Assembly (NCBI GenBank): GCA_963702025.1
Contig: OY969699.1
Location: 960,001 to 1,024,000, forward strand
Direction: 5' to 3'
Origin: an uncultured bacterium
Lineage (GTDB): Bacteria; Babelota; Babeliae; Babelales; Vermiphilaceae
Length of the DNA stretch: 64,000 bases
The translations under genes were made by a program, and so were the position numbers. Position 1 is the first letter of the stretch. Each line of letters opens with the position of its first letter. The notes under the pieces are model-generated. The model had not been told where the DNA came from, did not search any database, and saw only the letters and a list, made by a program, of their open reading frames with translations. This document shows positions 48,725-59,228 of the stretch, piece by piece.

Positions 48725-49681
48725 TCAAAATGGGCGCAATCTCATCCGCTCTTTCCATTCTTGAGCGTATTTCTTTTGCCGTTTTTCTAATGCTTTTGCA
48801 AGCAGCCCAAAAATCTGTTTTCTATCAATCCCTTGCTCTATAAGACTTTCAGCCAACCCTAGAGGTGTTTGGCCATTATGGTCCCTTACAATAAGATTTG
48901 CGCCATTATCAATCAATAAGATAACCATTTCTGAGGAACCTTCAGCTACTGCATTATGCAAGGGAGTGAAGCCAGATAGAGCATGTTTTAAATTGGGATC
49001 AGCGCCGCCCTTTAAAAGCAGCTTGGCCATTTCCTCTTTACCTTTTTTGACTGCAATCAAAAGCGCCGTATTTTCCTCACTATCTTTTTGATTGATAGTC
49101 CGCTTTGCACCATGAGCAAGCAGCAATGAGACAATTTCAGGGTCTTGGCAATAATAAACAGCATCCATGAGCGTGGTAACTTTATGTGTATCTTGTAAGT
49201 TTGTATCTGCCTTTTTTTCTAAGAGCATCTTCACTATGTTTTTATTACAACTTTCATGATTGCTACCAAGTGTTATTGCTAACATAAGTGGCGAAATACC
49301 ATTGTTATCTTGGATATTCGGGTTAGCTTCCTGATTAAGGAGTATTTGAATAATTTTTTCATTCTGAGTGGCGATTGCAATAAAAAGCGCAGTTCCGCCA
49401 TCGGCATCTTGAATATTAGGATCCGCTTTTCTTGCAAGCAATACGCGAACCATTGCCTCATTTTTTTTGGTTGCCGCCCAAAATAAAGCAGTTTCTTGGT
49501 AAATGCCCCGCGCATTTACATCAGTTTTAGGATCTTGCAGGAGCTTTTTAACCCCTTCAAGATCATTAGCTTTTGCCGCGGTAATTAATGCAGGCTCTTG
49601 TCCTGTCTCGGGTTTTTGCATGCCATAAGTGAAAGCAACCACAAAGCCAATAAAAAATACTAAAATAGCTTTCTTATTCAT
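48725..49681 (-). CDS. Secreted ankyrin-repeat protein
   Basis: About 7 ankyrin repeats; C-terminus paralogous to the 40064 ORF. Confidence 0.93.
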   Translation of the reverse strand: MNKKAILVFFIGFVVAFTYGMQKPETGQEPALITAAKANDLEGVKKLLQDPKTDVNARGIYQETALFWAATKKNEAMVRVLLARKADPNIQDADGGTALFIAIATQNEKIIQILLNQEANPNIQDNNGISPLMLAITLGSNHESCNKNIVKMLLEKKADTNLQDTHKVTTLMDAVYYCQDPEIVSLLLAHGAKRTINQKDSEENTALLIAVKKGKEEMAKLLLKGGADPNLKHALSGFTPLHNAVAEGSSEMVILLIDNGANLIVRDHNGQTPLGLAESLIEQGIDRKQIFGLLAKALEKRQKKYAQEWKERMRLRPF

Positions 49682-49699
49682 AATTCCCCTCTCACTTTC

Positions 49700-50896
49700 T
49701 TATAATCGCGCTTTTTGGATATCTCTAAAAACCAAATGATGATCTTTTATATATTGTGTTATTTGTTTGTAAATTCCTTCTGCACTTCCAAACCATCCAG
49801 TCTTTATTTGATAAAAGGGAGCTTTAGTTTTTAAATTCAGACTACGAGCATTGAAAAAACCACTAATATGTTCAGCATTCACGTTTATCACTTTAGTACG
49901 TGCATGAAAAAATTCTCCAAGTCCACATAGACTGAGTAAGGTTATGAGCGGGGGAATAAAAAACATATTTGCTAATGTCCCTTGAGCATATTCTTTTTTA
50001 TTAATAAATAATGTATAGCCAAACTCCTTTTCATTTTTCTTTGTCATTAAATAATAAGCACACGCTGTATAATCAAATAATATACCGCCCAATAATGTTG
50101 AACCGAATGAAATTGATCGATTATTAATCCTCATTCTGGCACGATAGTCATCGAAAAAAGTTGTTCCACGGTACAAAACAAATTGCTGTGTATTATATGC
50201 CTGATATTCAATTGCTATTGCACGTTCCATATCTTGCGGAAGGAGAATGTTTCTCTCATTTTTAATAATCGCAAATCTATCCTGCGGTAGTGCTCGCAGA
50301 TTGTTTAAAATTTTTCCATGCCAAAAATCTATTTTTTTTATACATCGTATTGCTTGCTCAAAAGAAAGTGGAAACGAAATACCATTATTTTTACACTGTT
50401 CTACAATAAAATTATTAATAGCTAAATGCCACTGCATAAGATGCGTATTAAAATTTGCTTGTCGAAATGCTGTCGTATTAAAAGCAATTACCTTTAATGC
50501 CTCACTTGGCTGCGCTATGGTAATATTTTCAAGCTCATTTTTCTTAACTGCATAACCTACCATTAATCCAAAAGTTGCATCTTTTAATTGCTCAAAATTA
50601 TCGCGCAGATAATTCAAACAAAACATTTCATACAATGTGGTCGGAATAAAGGTTGCCTCTATGCCGGAATTTGGCAGCTTTGCCTTAATCTTCTCATTCA
50701 TCGCCTTTATTTCATCATCGACATATTTGCCATATTCTAAACTCATAGGAAACTGGGTTTCCAGCATTATGTTATAGAGAATCTTATGCTCTTCTGGCGT
50801 AATCAGAGCACCATCTTTTTTGTAAAAGAGCGTTTCGGCTTGAACAATAGACGACGAAAATAGTAAAACAAGAATCACTATCAGCTTCTTATGCAT
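49700..50896 (-). CDS. Secreted protein with possible C-terminal ADP-ribosyltransferase-like domain
   Basis: Signal peptide; VLYRG...SISFG...GEFFH spacing resembles the R-S-E motif. Confidence 0.65.
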   Translation of the reverse strand: MHKKLIVILVLLFSSSIVQAETLFYKKDGALITPEEHKILYNIMLETQFPMSLEYGKYVDDEIKAMNEKIKAKLPNSGIEATFIPTTLYEMFCLNYLRDNFEQLKDATFGLMVGYAVKKNELENITIAQPSEALKVIAFNTTAFRQANFNTHLMQWHLAINNFIVEQCKNNGISFPLSFEQAIRCIKKIDFWHGKILNNLRALPQDRFAIIKNERNILLPQDMERAIAIEYQAYNTQQFVLYRGTTFFDDYRARMRINNRSISFGSTLLGGILFDYTACAYYLMTKKNEKEFGYTLFINKKEYAQGTLANMFFIPPLITLLSLCGLGEFFHARTKVINVNAEHISGFFNARSLNLKTKAPFYQIKTGWFGSAEGIYKQITQYIKDHHLVFRDIQKARL

Positions 50897-51070
50897 AATT
50901 CCCTCAGATTTAAAGCAATGTACCTCTTTAATTCTGAGGCTATCATAAAATCATTTCAAATAGAAACAATTCATATCGCTTTGCCAGTAATTTATGGCTA
51001 AAGTAAGCACTTCTTATTTACTTTTTACCATAAATTGCTAATATAAATATTGACTAATGGAGATTTATCT

Positions 51071-51964
51071 ATGAAACCCGCCAAAATCGATATGAATACT
51101 CAAAAAAGAATCGCAGTACTCGTTGCCAAAAATCCAGATGAATGGTGCAATGATAAGTTGTATTTAGAACCATTTTTTAAACAAGAAAAATGGCTCTATG
51201 AAGAAATTGTCTGGCATAATCCCGAAATAAATTGGAAGCAATATGATGGCGTGCTTATCCGATCAACCTATGATTACATTGAACACTATGAACAATTTAT
51301 GCGTACCTTAAAGCATATTGAAAAGCAGGGAATCCCTCTTTTTAATCCTTTGAATGTCATCAGTTGGAATAGCAAAAAATCATATCTGGGTGATCTCAAA
51401 TCTCGTGGCATCAATATTATTGAAACAATACTCACCACGCCTTCTCAAATCCATGAACTTGTTCCGATAATGAAACAGAATAACTGGCAAGAATGTATTG
51501 TGAAACCGGTTATATCAGGTGGCGCTTATAAAACATTTCGTATCGCGCAAAAAGATGCGCACACTTTTGATATTTGTGCCCATTTTGTTCCTCATGAACC
51601 ATTTCTTATTCAACCATTTGCCCAAGAGATTATTGATGAAGGAGAATGGTCTTTTGTCTTCTTCGATAAAAAGTTCTCTCATTGCATGTTAAGTAAGCCT
51701 AAACAAGACGATTTTCGGGTACAGTTTTTCCATGGGGGCCACTTACAAAAAGCTAACCCTGAACCCTGGATGATCGCAGAAGCTGAAAGAATTCTGAATG
51801 CTGCCGGTTTTGAAAAACTTTTATACGCGCGCGTTGATGTAATCCGCCGCAACAATAAACTATATGTAATGGAACTTGAGCTGATTGAGCCCTATTTATA
51901 CTTCAGTTATTACCCTGAAGCTGCAAAAATGTTGGTAAAGACTCTTAAGAAATATATACAGTAA
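51071..51964 (+). CDS. ATP-grasp ligase (RimK/glutathione synthetase-like)
   Basis: RSTYDY, VKPVISGGA, DFRVQ..HGG, YARVD, MELELIEP. Confidence 0.9.
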   Translation: MKPAKIDMNTQKRIAVLVAKNPDEWCNDKLYLEPFFKQEKWLYEEIVWHNPEINWKQYDGVLIRSTYDYIEHYEQFMRTLKHIEKQGIPLFNPLNVISWNSKKSYLGDLKSRGINIIETILTTPSQIHELVPIMKQNNWQECIVKPVISGGAYKTFRIAQKDAHTFDICAHFVPHEPFLIQPFAQEIIDEGEWSFVFFDKKFSHCMLSKPKQDDFRVQFFHGGHLQKANPEPWMIAEAERILNAAGFEKLLYARVDVIRRNNKLYVMELELIEPYLYFSYYPEAAKMLVKTLKKYIQ

Positions 51965-51977
51965 GCTACGCTTACGC

Positions 51978-52334
51978 TTAATTTTCACACAATTCTTGTA
52001 TCGCATTGATTGCCGATTGCCCACTTAAGACTAAGGCTGCACCCGAAGCGGCGACAAGCGGTAAGTGCGGAATTTGCTGAGAGTCGCCAAATGCCAGGTA
52101 TTTCGTGATATAACCCTTATAGAATCGATAAAAAATATCTGAATAGTCAGAATCTTGGTTGTGTTTAAATGCATTAAAAATACATCTACATGCCAAACCA
52201 AAAACTACTGAACTTACTACCAATTTTCCAATGGTTACATAAGGAAAAGGTTTTTTAATAGCAGCATCGCTGCTTTCGGTGGCCATCATAAACGATGGTA
52301 GAGTTGCCAGTAAAAATAGTAAATTTTTTTTCAT
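51978..52334 (-). CDS. Small membrane protein
   Basis: Likely start MKKNLLF at 52334; two hydrophobic segments. Confidence 0.65.
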   Translation of the reverse strand: MKKNLLFLLATLPSFMMATESSDAAIKKPFPYVTIGKLVVSSVVFGLACRCIFNAFKHNQDSDYSDIFYRFYKGYITKYLAFGDSQQIPHLPLVAASGAALVLSGQSAINAIQELCEN

Positions 52335-52428
52335 AAAAACCCCTAAAAAGCTTGTTAATGTGCAATTATTTATAGTTTGAATATAGTTATTAATAAGCAA
52401 AAGGCAATGATCGAATTGAAGAGATAGT

Positions 52429-53058
52429 TTATGGCAGTTTAGTTTTTTGAGTAAGAATCGCAACCATACGAGTCCTATCGGTCGGCTTATTGGTATACCC
52501 GCAATCGTAAAGGCCCCGCGCAAAATCTTCGGCCGTTTGGTCATTTTTATTGCGGATTTCCCGATCTGCTCCAGCATTAATAAGCATCTGTATTGTTCTG
52601 GCGGAAGACCTACAAGCAGCTAAATGTAATGCAGTATTACCATTGTCATCTTTTATATTCACATTCGCTCCCGCTTGCAGCATCATGGCTAATATACCTC
52701 GCGTATTATGGTGAATAAGAAGATACATTATCGCTGTTGCTCCGGCTAGATTCGTTTTATCAACATCAGCTCCAGCTGCTAGAAGTATCCGCACAATATC
52801 CGTTGTTTCGCGGCGACGATAACTAACACAAGTCATTAACATGGTTTTGCCAAGATGATCCTGCGTATCAACAACAGCCCCCGCTTGCAGCAGCTCTCTC
52901 AGTTGTTTGGCAGTAGTATCATAGCTTCTCAGAATCCCTCTCCAAGTATTCTGTGCCATCTTTCTATTGGCCCTACTCATTGCCAAAAAAGTTGAATGGT
53001 GTATTGATAGTGCCCAAAAGCTTACTAAAGTGCATACTAACTTACCGTTTATCTTCAT
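52429..53058 (-). CDS. Secreted ankyrin-repeat protein
   Basis: GANVNIKDDNGNTALHLA. Confidence 0.92.
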   Translation of the reverse strand: MKINGKLVCTLVSFWALSIHHSTFLAMSRANRKMAQNTWRGILRSYDTTAKQLRELLQAGAVVDTQDHLGKTMLMTCVSYRRRETTDIVRILLAAGADVDKTNLAGATAIMYLLIHHNTRGILAMMLQAGANVNIKDDNGNTALHLAACRSSARTIQMLINAGADREIRNKNDQTAEDFARGLYDCGYTNKPTDRTRMVAILTQKTKLP

Positions 53059-53176
53059 TTTTAACCTTTTTATTTCACTTATTATTTCAATTCACGCCAT
53101 AAAAAAGCCTGTTGAATTACGATTATTTATAGTTTTACTATTAAAGGGCTTCTGTAAGGATAAGAGAACAGTTTTA

Positions 53177-53860
53177 TTATATGACATTTTCTTGAATCAA
53201 TAACTTTTTTAATCGCTGTGCTTGCACATTTGGATCACCAAATTCTTGTTTAAAATGAATTAGCTTGATATTAAACTTTGTGCAATGTTCAATGGTAGCT
53301 TGATCAACATAGCGTTTACTTATTTGAAACGATTCATCAAAGCCAGGGTTATTGTCCCAGTTGCGGCCACGTGCTTTTAAAAATCGTTTCCAGTCTTGCA
53401 AACTAATATCAAAAAGCACCACGCAATCAGCATCGCAAAATTGTGTTTCATCAAGAATATGAATCTGTTTGAGTAAAGATAAATAGGGATCATCTACAGG
53501 AACCAGCCATTCCATGCCGGGTTTATCAATATAATAGCCGGCAATCTTTAAAAAATACGTATCGATAAGTACGGTTTTACCGTCAGCTCTTAATGCACCA
53601 GCATTAACAAATAGGGGTATCCAAAACTGTCGCCTAGCAAGCATTGCCGTTGTTGCATGATAATCGTACCATCGACGGGCTACCACCGGCCACTCCGATT
53701 CTTCCGGCTCGCATAAACATTCAGCATCAATTTTCGGTGCCAATAATCGGGCCATGGTCGATTTGCCACTACAAGAATGACCAGAAAAGATAATTACTTT
53801 CCCCAATTGCGCATTCAAAGAAATAAAAAAAAGTAACCCAAAACTAATTATTATTTTCAT
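53177..53860 (-). CDS. Secreted P-loop kinase (deoxynucleoside kinase-like)
   Basis: IIFSGHSCSGKST, EPEE; signal peptide ...SLNA|Q. Confidence 0.75.
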   Translation of the reverse strand: MKIIISFGLLFFISLNAQLGKVIIFSGHSCSGKSTMARLLAPKIDAECLCEPEESEWPVVARRWYDYHATTAMLARRQFWIPLFVNAGALRADGKTVLIDTYFLKIAGYYIDKPGMEWLVPVDDPYLSLLKQIHILDETQFCDADCVVLFDISLQDWKRFLKARGRNWDNNPGFDESFQISKRYVDQATIEHCTKFNIKLIHFKQEFGDPNVQAQRLKKLLIQENVI

Positions 53861-54386
53861 ATAAACGATCTTTCATGATGCATGGAATGGATTGAGGAAT
53901 GCGGTGATCTATTTGCAAAATCTGAAATAAATCCTGAATCTGTTCAACAGCTGGCGCTATAACTTCCACGGTGGGTTCTAAGCTTTGAATATCTTCAACA
54001 AAAATTCGCATGTGGTTCCATGAATATTCCCATCCGATTCGTGAAAATGAAAAAAGAAACCAATATGAAGGATCAAGTATTTGCTGAGCTTCTTCAAAGG
54101 TATCACATTCTTGGTGAAATACCGTTATGCCCATTTGCCCTTGTTGCAGTGTACGTTTATGCACGACCACTACGTTTTTTTGAGCCCATTGCGTTTTTTG
54201 ATAAACCCGAATGCGAACAAATTCTGTATTTAAATCAACATTGGGTATTGCATAGATATGATCGGTAAATGCATATTCACCTTTATATGCTGCACCAGCA
54301 TTTTGCAAAATAGAGCGTGTTTCTGGGATATGAGAAATAAGGCCCCGCACTTCTGCAAGGCCTTTATAAGTTACTAATTTCATCAT
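53844..54386 (-). CDS. CYTH-like domain protein
   Basis: AEVRG, DHIY, FVRIR, EDI..LEPTVEV pattern. Confidence 0.65.
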   Translation of the reverse strand: MMKLVTYKGLAEVRGLISHIPETRSILQNAGAAYKGEYAFTDHIYAIPNVDLNTEFVRIRVYQKTQWAQKNVVVVHKRTLQQGQMGITVFHQECDTFEEAQQILDPSYWFLFSFSRIGWEYSWNHMRIFVEDIQSLEPTVEVIAPAVEQIQDLFQILQIDHRIPQSIPCIMKDRLYENNN

Positions 54387-54418
54387 GGTTTAATATTTTG
54401 AGCAAATAATTCTACTTT

Positions 54419-55048
54419 TCACCATTGTTTTTCAGGCTTCATTTCATAAGCAAATAATTGTAATTTACACTTACTTTGCGGATTATTTTGGTCTTCTAAA
54501 TATTCCTGCACGCTATTTGCGGAGCAATGATCGTTAATATGCTGCGCTACTTTTTGCAACGTATTGCTCACCGGTACGGATGGTTTGGTATGATCACGTG
54601 GATAGTAAGATTCTTTTTTGACTAACTGAGCAATGTCTCTATTGGTCAGATGAAATTCTGCAGAATCCTCTTCTACCTCTGGCACCAGCCGTTCATTATC
54701 GATAAGATAATATTGATCCAAACATTCATGTTTTTCTGAATCGCATCTTTTTACGTGCGCTATGAGTTTTAGCATCTCTATTGTTACGCCAATACCCGTC
54801 TGCCGTTCCAAATAATCTCGCGCCGCTTCAACTGCAGATTTTCCCTGAGTAACAATTCCGCCTGGTAATTGTATCTGTGATGGCTGGACTCTATTGTTAA
54901 TAAAACATGGTAATGAGTCGTAATCAACTACCGCAACCGAAATGCTCACTCGTAAAGCAGCAGGCAAGGGAGTATCCATTGCAAACATGGATACCGTGCT
55001 ACAAAAAACTACGACCATACATGATCTGTTTAAGCTCATTAGATACAT
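54419..55048 (-). CDS. Secreted NUDIX-fold protein with degenerate Nudix box
   Basis: LPGGIVTQGKSAVEAARDYLERQTG (REUxEE not conserved). Confidence 0.75.
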   Translation of the reverse strand: MYLMSLNRSCMVVVFCSTVSMFAMDTPLPAALRVSISVAVVDYDSLPCFINNRVQPSQIQLPGGIVTQGKSAVEAARDYLERQTGIGVTIEMLKLIAHVKRCDSEKHECLDQYYLIDNERLVPEVEEDSAEFHLTNRDIAQLVKKESYYPRDHTKPSVPVSNTLQKVAQHINDHCSANSVQEYLEDQNNPQSKCKLQLFAYEMKPEKQW

Positions 55049-55058
55049 CTTAACTCCT

Positions 55059-55184
55059 TTATTTATTCAGTAAGTCACCCACGGTATTACCATTATCACG
55101 AAGCTGCATGTCAGCGCCACGACTCAGCAATAATCCTTTGACTTCCTGAAAATCCGGATATTGTTTTTTATCCTTTATGTTCAT
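55059..55184 (-). pseudogene. Ankyrin-gene remnant (41 aa, not in ORF track)
   Basis: Manual translation MNIKDKKQYPDFQEVKGLLLSRGADMQLRDNGNTVGDLLNK. Confidence 0.55.
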
Positions 55185-55200
55185 CGAAACTCAAAAAATT

Positions 55201-56025
55201 TTACCCATTATTCTTTGCAAGATGTTCTTTAATATGCTCAAGATCAACTTCCGGCATCATTTCCAAATCCAAACGAGCCAGCAGTTTATGCCATTGATAA
55301 GAAACCCATGACGCATTTCTTTTGCCCCAACCGACCTGTTTTTCACGTGCCGATATCAAACCTTCAGCTCCGATGTTATCGATAGATTCCAGCTCATGCT
55401 TTAAATAGGTTTGTATCTTATTTCTTTCATGCAAGCCATATGCAATGCCGTTAATCGCAGCACAGCTACCAACAATAGCTCCCGCTTTTGAAAACACAAC
55501 ATCTTTTACGATCGGCAATGCACGTTGAGCAAGTTCCAATAGCTGATTGCGATATGCCGCAACTAACGCTAACCCGGCAAGACCCATGCTTACCTTTTTT
55601 AACGTGCTTAGTTTCTTATTCTTTGGGAATTTCAATTCAGGATTATAGTTATTTGCGATTTCCGCTAAGCGTATAGCAATGTATGCTGCTTGCTCTTTCT
55701 CGGTTAAATATATAAAGAAATTGGGCCGTAAAATTACAATGTTATTGCCAACTTTTTGAACAAAAACATTTATCGGGCGCCATGGTTTGGAAATGGCGGT
55801 ATAAAAATGAATATCTTTTTCATCAAGACCGGATTTTTTTATTGCATCTTTATAGGCCTGTGGTAATTCACCCTCCAATGGCATTACCTCATCATACTCA
55901 TCATGCAGAATCACTTCATGTGCTCTCATAGTACGATATTTTTCTGTTGCATCTACCGGTTTTTGTTCATCAGCGATTATTGATGCAGTTATGAATATTA
56001 TGCTGAATAAAAGTCTTTTTTTCAT
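55201..56025 (-). CDS. Secreted protein resembling an M48 peptidase without HExxH
   Basis: LTEKEQAAYIAIRLAEI vs the typical L...E..A.IAHE..H. Confidence 0.65.
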   Translation of the reverse strand: MKKRLLFSIIFITASIIADEQKPVDATEKYRTMRAHEVILHDEYDEVMPLEGELPQAYKDAIKKSGLDEKDIHFYTAISKPWRPINVFVQKVGNNIVILRPNFFIYLTEKEQAAYIAIRLAEIANNYNPELKFPKNKKLSTLKKVSMGLAGLALVAAYRNQLLELAQRALPIVKDVVFSKAGAIVGSCAAINGIAYGLHERNKIQTYLKHELESIDNIGAEGLISAREKQVGWGKRNASWVSYQWHKLLARLDLEMMPEVDLEHIKEHLAKNNG

Positions 56026-56166
56026 ATTTTTCCTCTTCTTAATGTTATTGTTATTTTTATGTCACTAGTATACTGACTATGCTTTTACGATTCAATTTCA
56101 TTGTTGAACTTTAAAACAAATACTTTATACTTTGCACAACTTTAATTGGCTGCACTAAGGAATACC

Positions 56167-56673
56167 ATGAACAAAATAATCACATTTTATCTTATTTCCC
56201 TGATATCTATCAATTGCACCGCAATGGGAAAAAATGAATCTATCGTATTTGAAGAAAGTGCTGAAAGTATTCCTGCATTCGAACCAAATCCTTTTCAATA
56301 CCCGCAATCGCTAGGCCCTGACTATTTTGATTGGCAGGAAATTGCTGCATTTCAAACTGAAAAAGGGGAGAAAAAGCGCATGGGCTCGATTCATATAAGT
56401 CAGGATGATCCTTGCCAGATCTTATATGTCGGCGTCCAAAAAGAATATCGAAAAAAAGGAGTGGCAAAGCTTCTATTACAACAAGCAGTAGAACGTGCAA
56501 AAAAAGCCGGATGTACAAAAGTTTCAGGTATCGTATCGTCAGGTGATTTTTTGCTCGATCCAAAAATAAAATCTTATTACGAAACGTTAGGCGCAACTAT
56601 TTCTTGGGGTTGTGACGCACGTAGGCACTTTCATGTTGCTACTTACTTATTACCGCAAGAACCAAAAGTATAA
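56167..56673 (+). CDS. Secreted GNAT acetyltransferase
   Basis: VQKEYRKKGVAKLLL...YYETLG; signal peptide. Confidence 0.88.
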   Translation: MNKIITFYLISLISINCTAMGKNESIVFEESAESIPAFEPNPFQYPQSLGPDYFDWQEIAAFQTEKGEKKRMGSIHISQDDPCQILYVGVQKEYRKKGVAKLLLQQAVERAKKAGCTKVSGIVSSGDFLLDPKIKSYYETLGATISWGCDARRHFHVATYLLPQEPKV

Positions 56674-56795
56674 ATCGAAAAAGGAAAGTTGTTTTTTCGG
56701 CTATTAAATAAACTTATTGAGCTGTTTCGCTCTGTTCCAGTCGCATACTATGGGTTACATATAATCGCAGGGTTAATGTTGCTAAATAGAAAGTT

Positions 56796-57539
56796 TTATT
56801 TCTTTTCTAGTTTGCGGAGATGCGCATTAACTCGATCGCGAAGATGCGCAGGAACTTGCTCAATAGTATGTTTCTTTTGAAAAATCAAGTCTGCTATTTG
56901 TGAACTTGATAATTGAGCTAAAGAAGGAAATCCTTTAAGCAGTTTCATTGTTGAAAATTCAAGATTGTCGCCAGCAAGAGTTATTTCTGATCTGATATCC
57001 AAGGGACCATTTACTAAATTTGCAGACCCTTGCTCAGAATATGGAGCAACTGCAAGTCTTGGCAGCTTTGGTTCTTTTGGCATTCTCAAAACATCGGCTG
57101 CAAGACTCATGGTATATTTTGCCTCATTTTTATCAGTAATAGTTATGGTATAGTATAGATCGAGTAAATCGCTTTTACCCCATGCATGATACTTTTCTAC
57201 CTGTTTTGGAATCTCTGCATACAAGTGCTGGCCATACAGCAATGGACTATCTTCCTCCATTGCTTGCCTAAAAGTGTTAATTTTTTCTTCTATGGTTACT
57301 ATTGTTTTGGGATTCAGCGTATATGTTCTGCGATTTTTTGTGCTGTAGATGAGATATTGTGTATCAGTAGCATTATTTATTGTGGTAGTAAGAGTTCCCA
57401 AATCTTTAATAATAGGGCGTTGTTTTTGCATTACAGGCGCAGGGGCAGGCCATTGCAACATTGCATCAGTAGGGAAGTATAATCCAAACATTAAAAGAAT
57501 ATTCAGAAATGCAATATAATTCTGCATTTTTATCACCAT
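56796..57539 (-). CDS. Secreted protein with C-terminal BC/SOCS-box-like motif
   Basis: FPSLAQLSSSQIADLI...VPAHLRDRV. Confidence 0.7.
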   Translation of the reverse strand: MVIKMQNYIAFLNILLMFGLYFPTDAMLQWPAPAPVMQKQRPIIKDLGTLTTTINNATDTQYLIYSTKNRRTYTLNPKTIVTIEEKINTFRQAMEEDSPLLYGQHLYAEIPKQVEKYHAWGKSDLLDLYYTITITDKNEAKYTMSLAADVLRMPKEPKLPRLAVAPYSEQGSANLVNGPLDIRSEITLAGDNLEFSTMKLLKGFPSLAQLSSSQIADLIFQKKHTIEQVPAHLRDRVNAHLRKLEKK

Positions 57540-57719
57540 TAATCATGAAAAATGTATTTATCAATTAGAACTATAGAGAAGAGAACGATTTATTTTCAAG
57601 AGATTGTTTTTTGCTAAGGAATATTTAATTTCTTAATAAAGTAAGTATTTTTGTTGTGCAAAAACAGATTTTATTAAATTGATAGAGCGTAAAATAGCAT
57701 GATTTTGAGTCTCTTTCTT

Positions 57720-58100
57720 TTATGCATCTGCCATGACGCGTCGCTGATGCTGCATTACCGGTGAAAAATTTGGTATTCCAAACGTAACGACTGCAGTGCC
57801 CGTTCCTACAATTACGCTTGCTACGGCAACTGATTTTAAGGGATTATTTGAAATTAAACGTGCTGCAGAGTCAAATAAACTTTTTGCTTCTTGTTTTACT
57901 TCATTATCTTTTTTAGCATCAGGTTTTTTAGAGAGTTTTTTATAGGCGTATATACCTACTGTTACTCCAACTGATGCAGCAGCAAACGCAGCAAGATACG
58001 GATGGCGCGCTACTATGCGCTCAAATCCATTACTGTGCGCATTCATATTTATGCTTGAAAGAGTAATCAAAACTAAAAATATTTTGGAAAAGTAATCCAT
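57720..58100 (-). CDS. Small membrane protein
   Basis: Signal peptide; two similar HP/NP-led hydrophobic helices. Confidence 0.7.
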   Translation of the reverse strand: MDYFSKIFLVLITLSSINMNAHSNGFERIVARHPYLAAFAAASVGVTVGIYAYKKLSKKPDAKKDNEVKQEAKSLFDSAARLISNNPLKSVAVASVIVGTGTAVVTFGIPNFSPVMQHQRRVMADA

Positions 58101-58257
58101 AAATGCCCCTTCTAGATGAATATATTTAAAGAATTATCTCTGATTTGTTATCATCTGTCAATTTTGTTAAAAAATAAATGCTGGAAATGTCGAATGTTGG
58201 CCTTTATTTTCATAAAAATGATAATAGGCCTCTTCTGAAACTGATGTATTTATGCTC

Positions 58258-58920
58258 TTATGCACCGATTAGTTCTTTTATTTGCTGAGCAATCTCTTGC
58301 GCACTATTTTTTTCCGAGTTTACGCGTAAATCGTAGTTGATAGTACCATAGATCGTAAAATAGTGGCTGCGGGCATGACCTTTTGGCGATGTACCGCGGG
58401 CTGCTTCGCGCTGTTCTAAAGTTGCCAATGAGATATCAACCGCAACATAATAGGTGCGTATGCCGGCAAGTTTCTTTTGCAGATCAGTGAGCCATGCTGG
58501 ATCATAGGCAATATAATCAACAATGACATTGCAACCATTTTTAGCGTAATCCGCAATGGCGCTATTCATTCCATAGGCAACCTTGGTCCCTTGCTCGCCG
58601 ATAAAAAGAGTGATTATTTTATTGCCATTTTCATCGGTGGATTCTTGCACCCACCGAATTGGATTTGGCGATTGCCAGAAGCTCATATTTTCTGCAGTGA
58701 TATTCGGCATAGGTGCATCAAAAAGCATATCGATACCGGTTTTGCACCATAAATTTGGCATCATCAGATGCTGGAACTCTTTTTGAATTGATGATTTACC
58801 AGACCCGGATGGACCATTTAAAATTATGACTATGCCGGTGGCAGTCGTGGTAATATTTTGATAAAACATCCATGCTGCGCCAGTGGCAATGAGTAATATA
58901 AGAATAAGTATCATTTTCAT
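58258..58920 (-). CDS. Chloramphenicol phosphotransferase-like kinase with N-terminal anchor
   Basis: IILNGPSGSGKSS, GCNVIVD, LEQREAARG, YDLRVNS. Confidence 0.88.
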   Translation of the reverse strand: MKMILILILLIATGAAWMFYQNITTTATGIVIILNGPSGSGKSSIQKEFQHLMMPNLWCKTGIDMLFDAPMPNITAENMSFWQSPNPIRWVQESTDENGNKIITLFIGEQGTKVAYGMNSAIADYAKNGCNVIVDYIAYDPAWLTDLQKKLAGIRTYYVAVDISLATLEQREAARGTSPKGHARSHYFTIYGTINYDLRVNSEKNSAQEIAQQIKELIGA

Positions 58921-59228
58921 ATGATAATCCTGTTTGGGTAAATAGGTTTACCTAGCATTGTTCATAGGGCCGTTCTTGCATTCGTTTTTTGAGCAATCCA
59001 GGCAAGCCATGTTTTGAATAATTGTAGGCTCATAATTAAATATAGCCTACTGAGTCTAAGCTGGCTATACTGCCTCTTTTTTTGGCGTAAATCTCGGGAA
59101 GTAAATGCTATCGGATGTTCATGAATTATGGGATACGCTGATCCCGATTGCTGAATTAGCTGTTATTTCTTTGAGATTTTTCAATAAGGTTTTCCAGTTA
59201 AAAGTTCGAAGAGTGACCAGTGACTGCA

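Noticed and set aside
58930..59220. Possible gene remnant upstream of the CPT-like gene
   Set aside because: Only short stop-interrupted frames with no recognisable motif.
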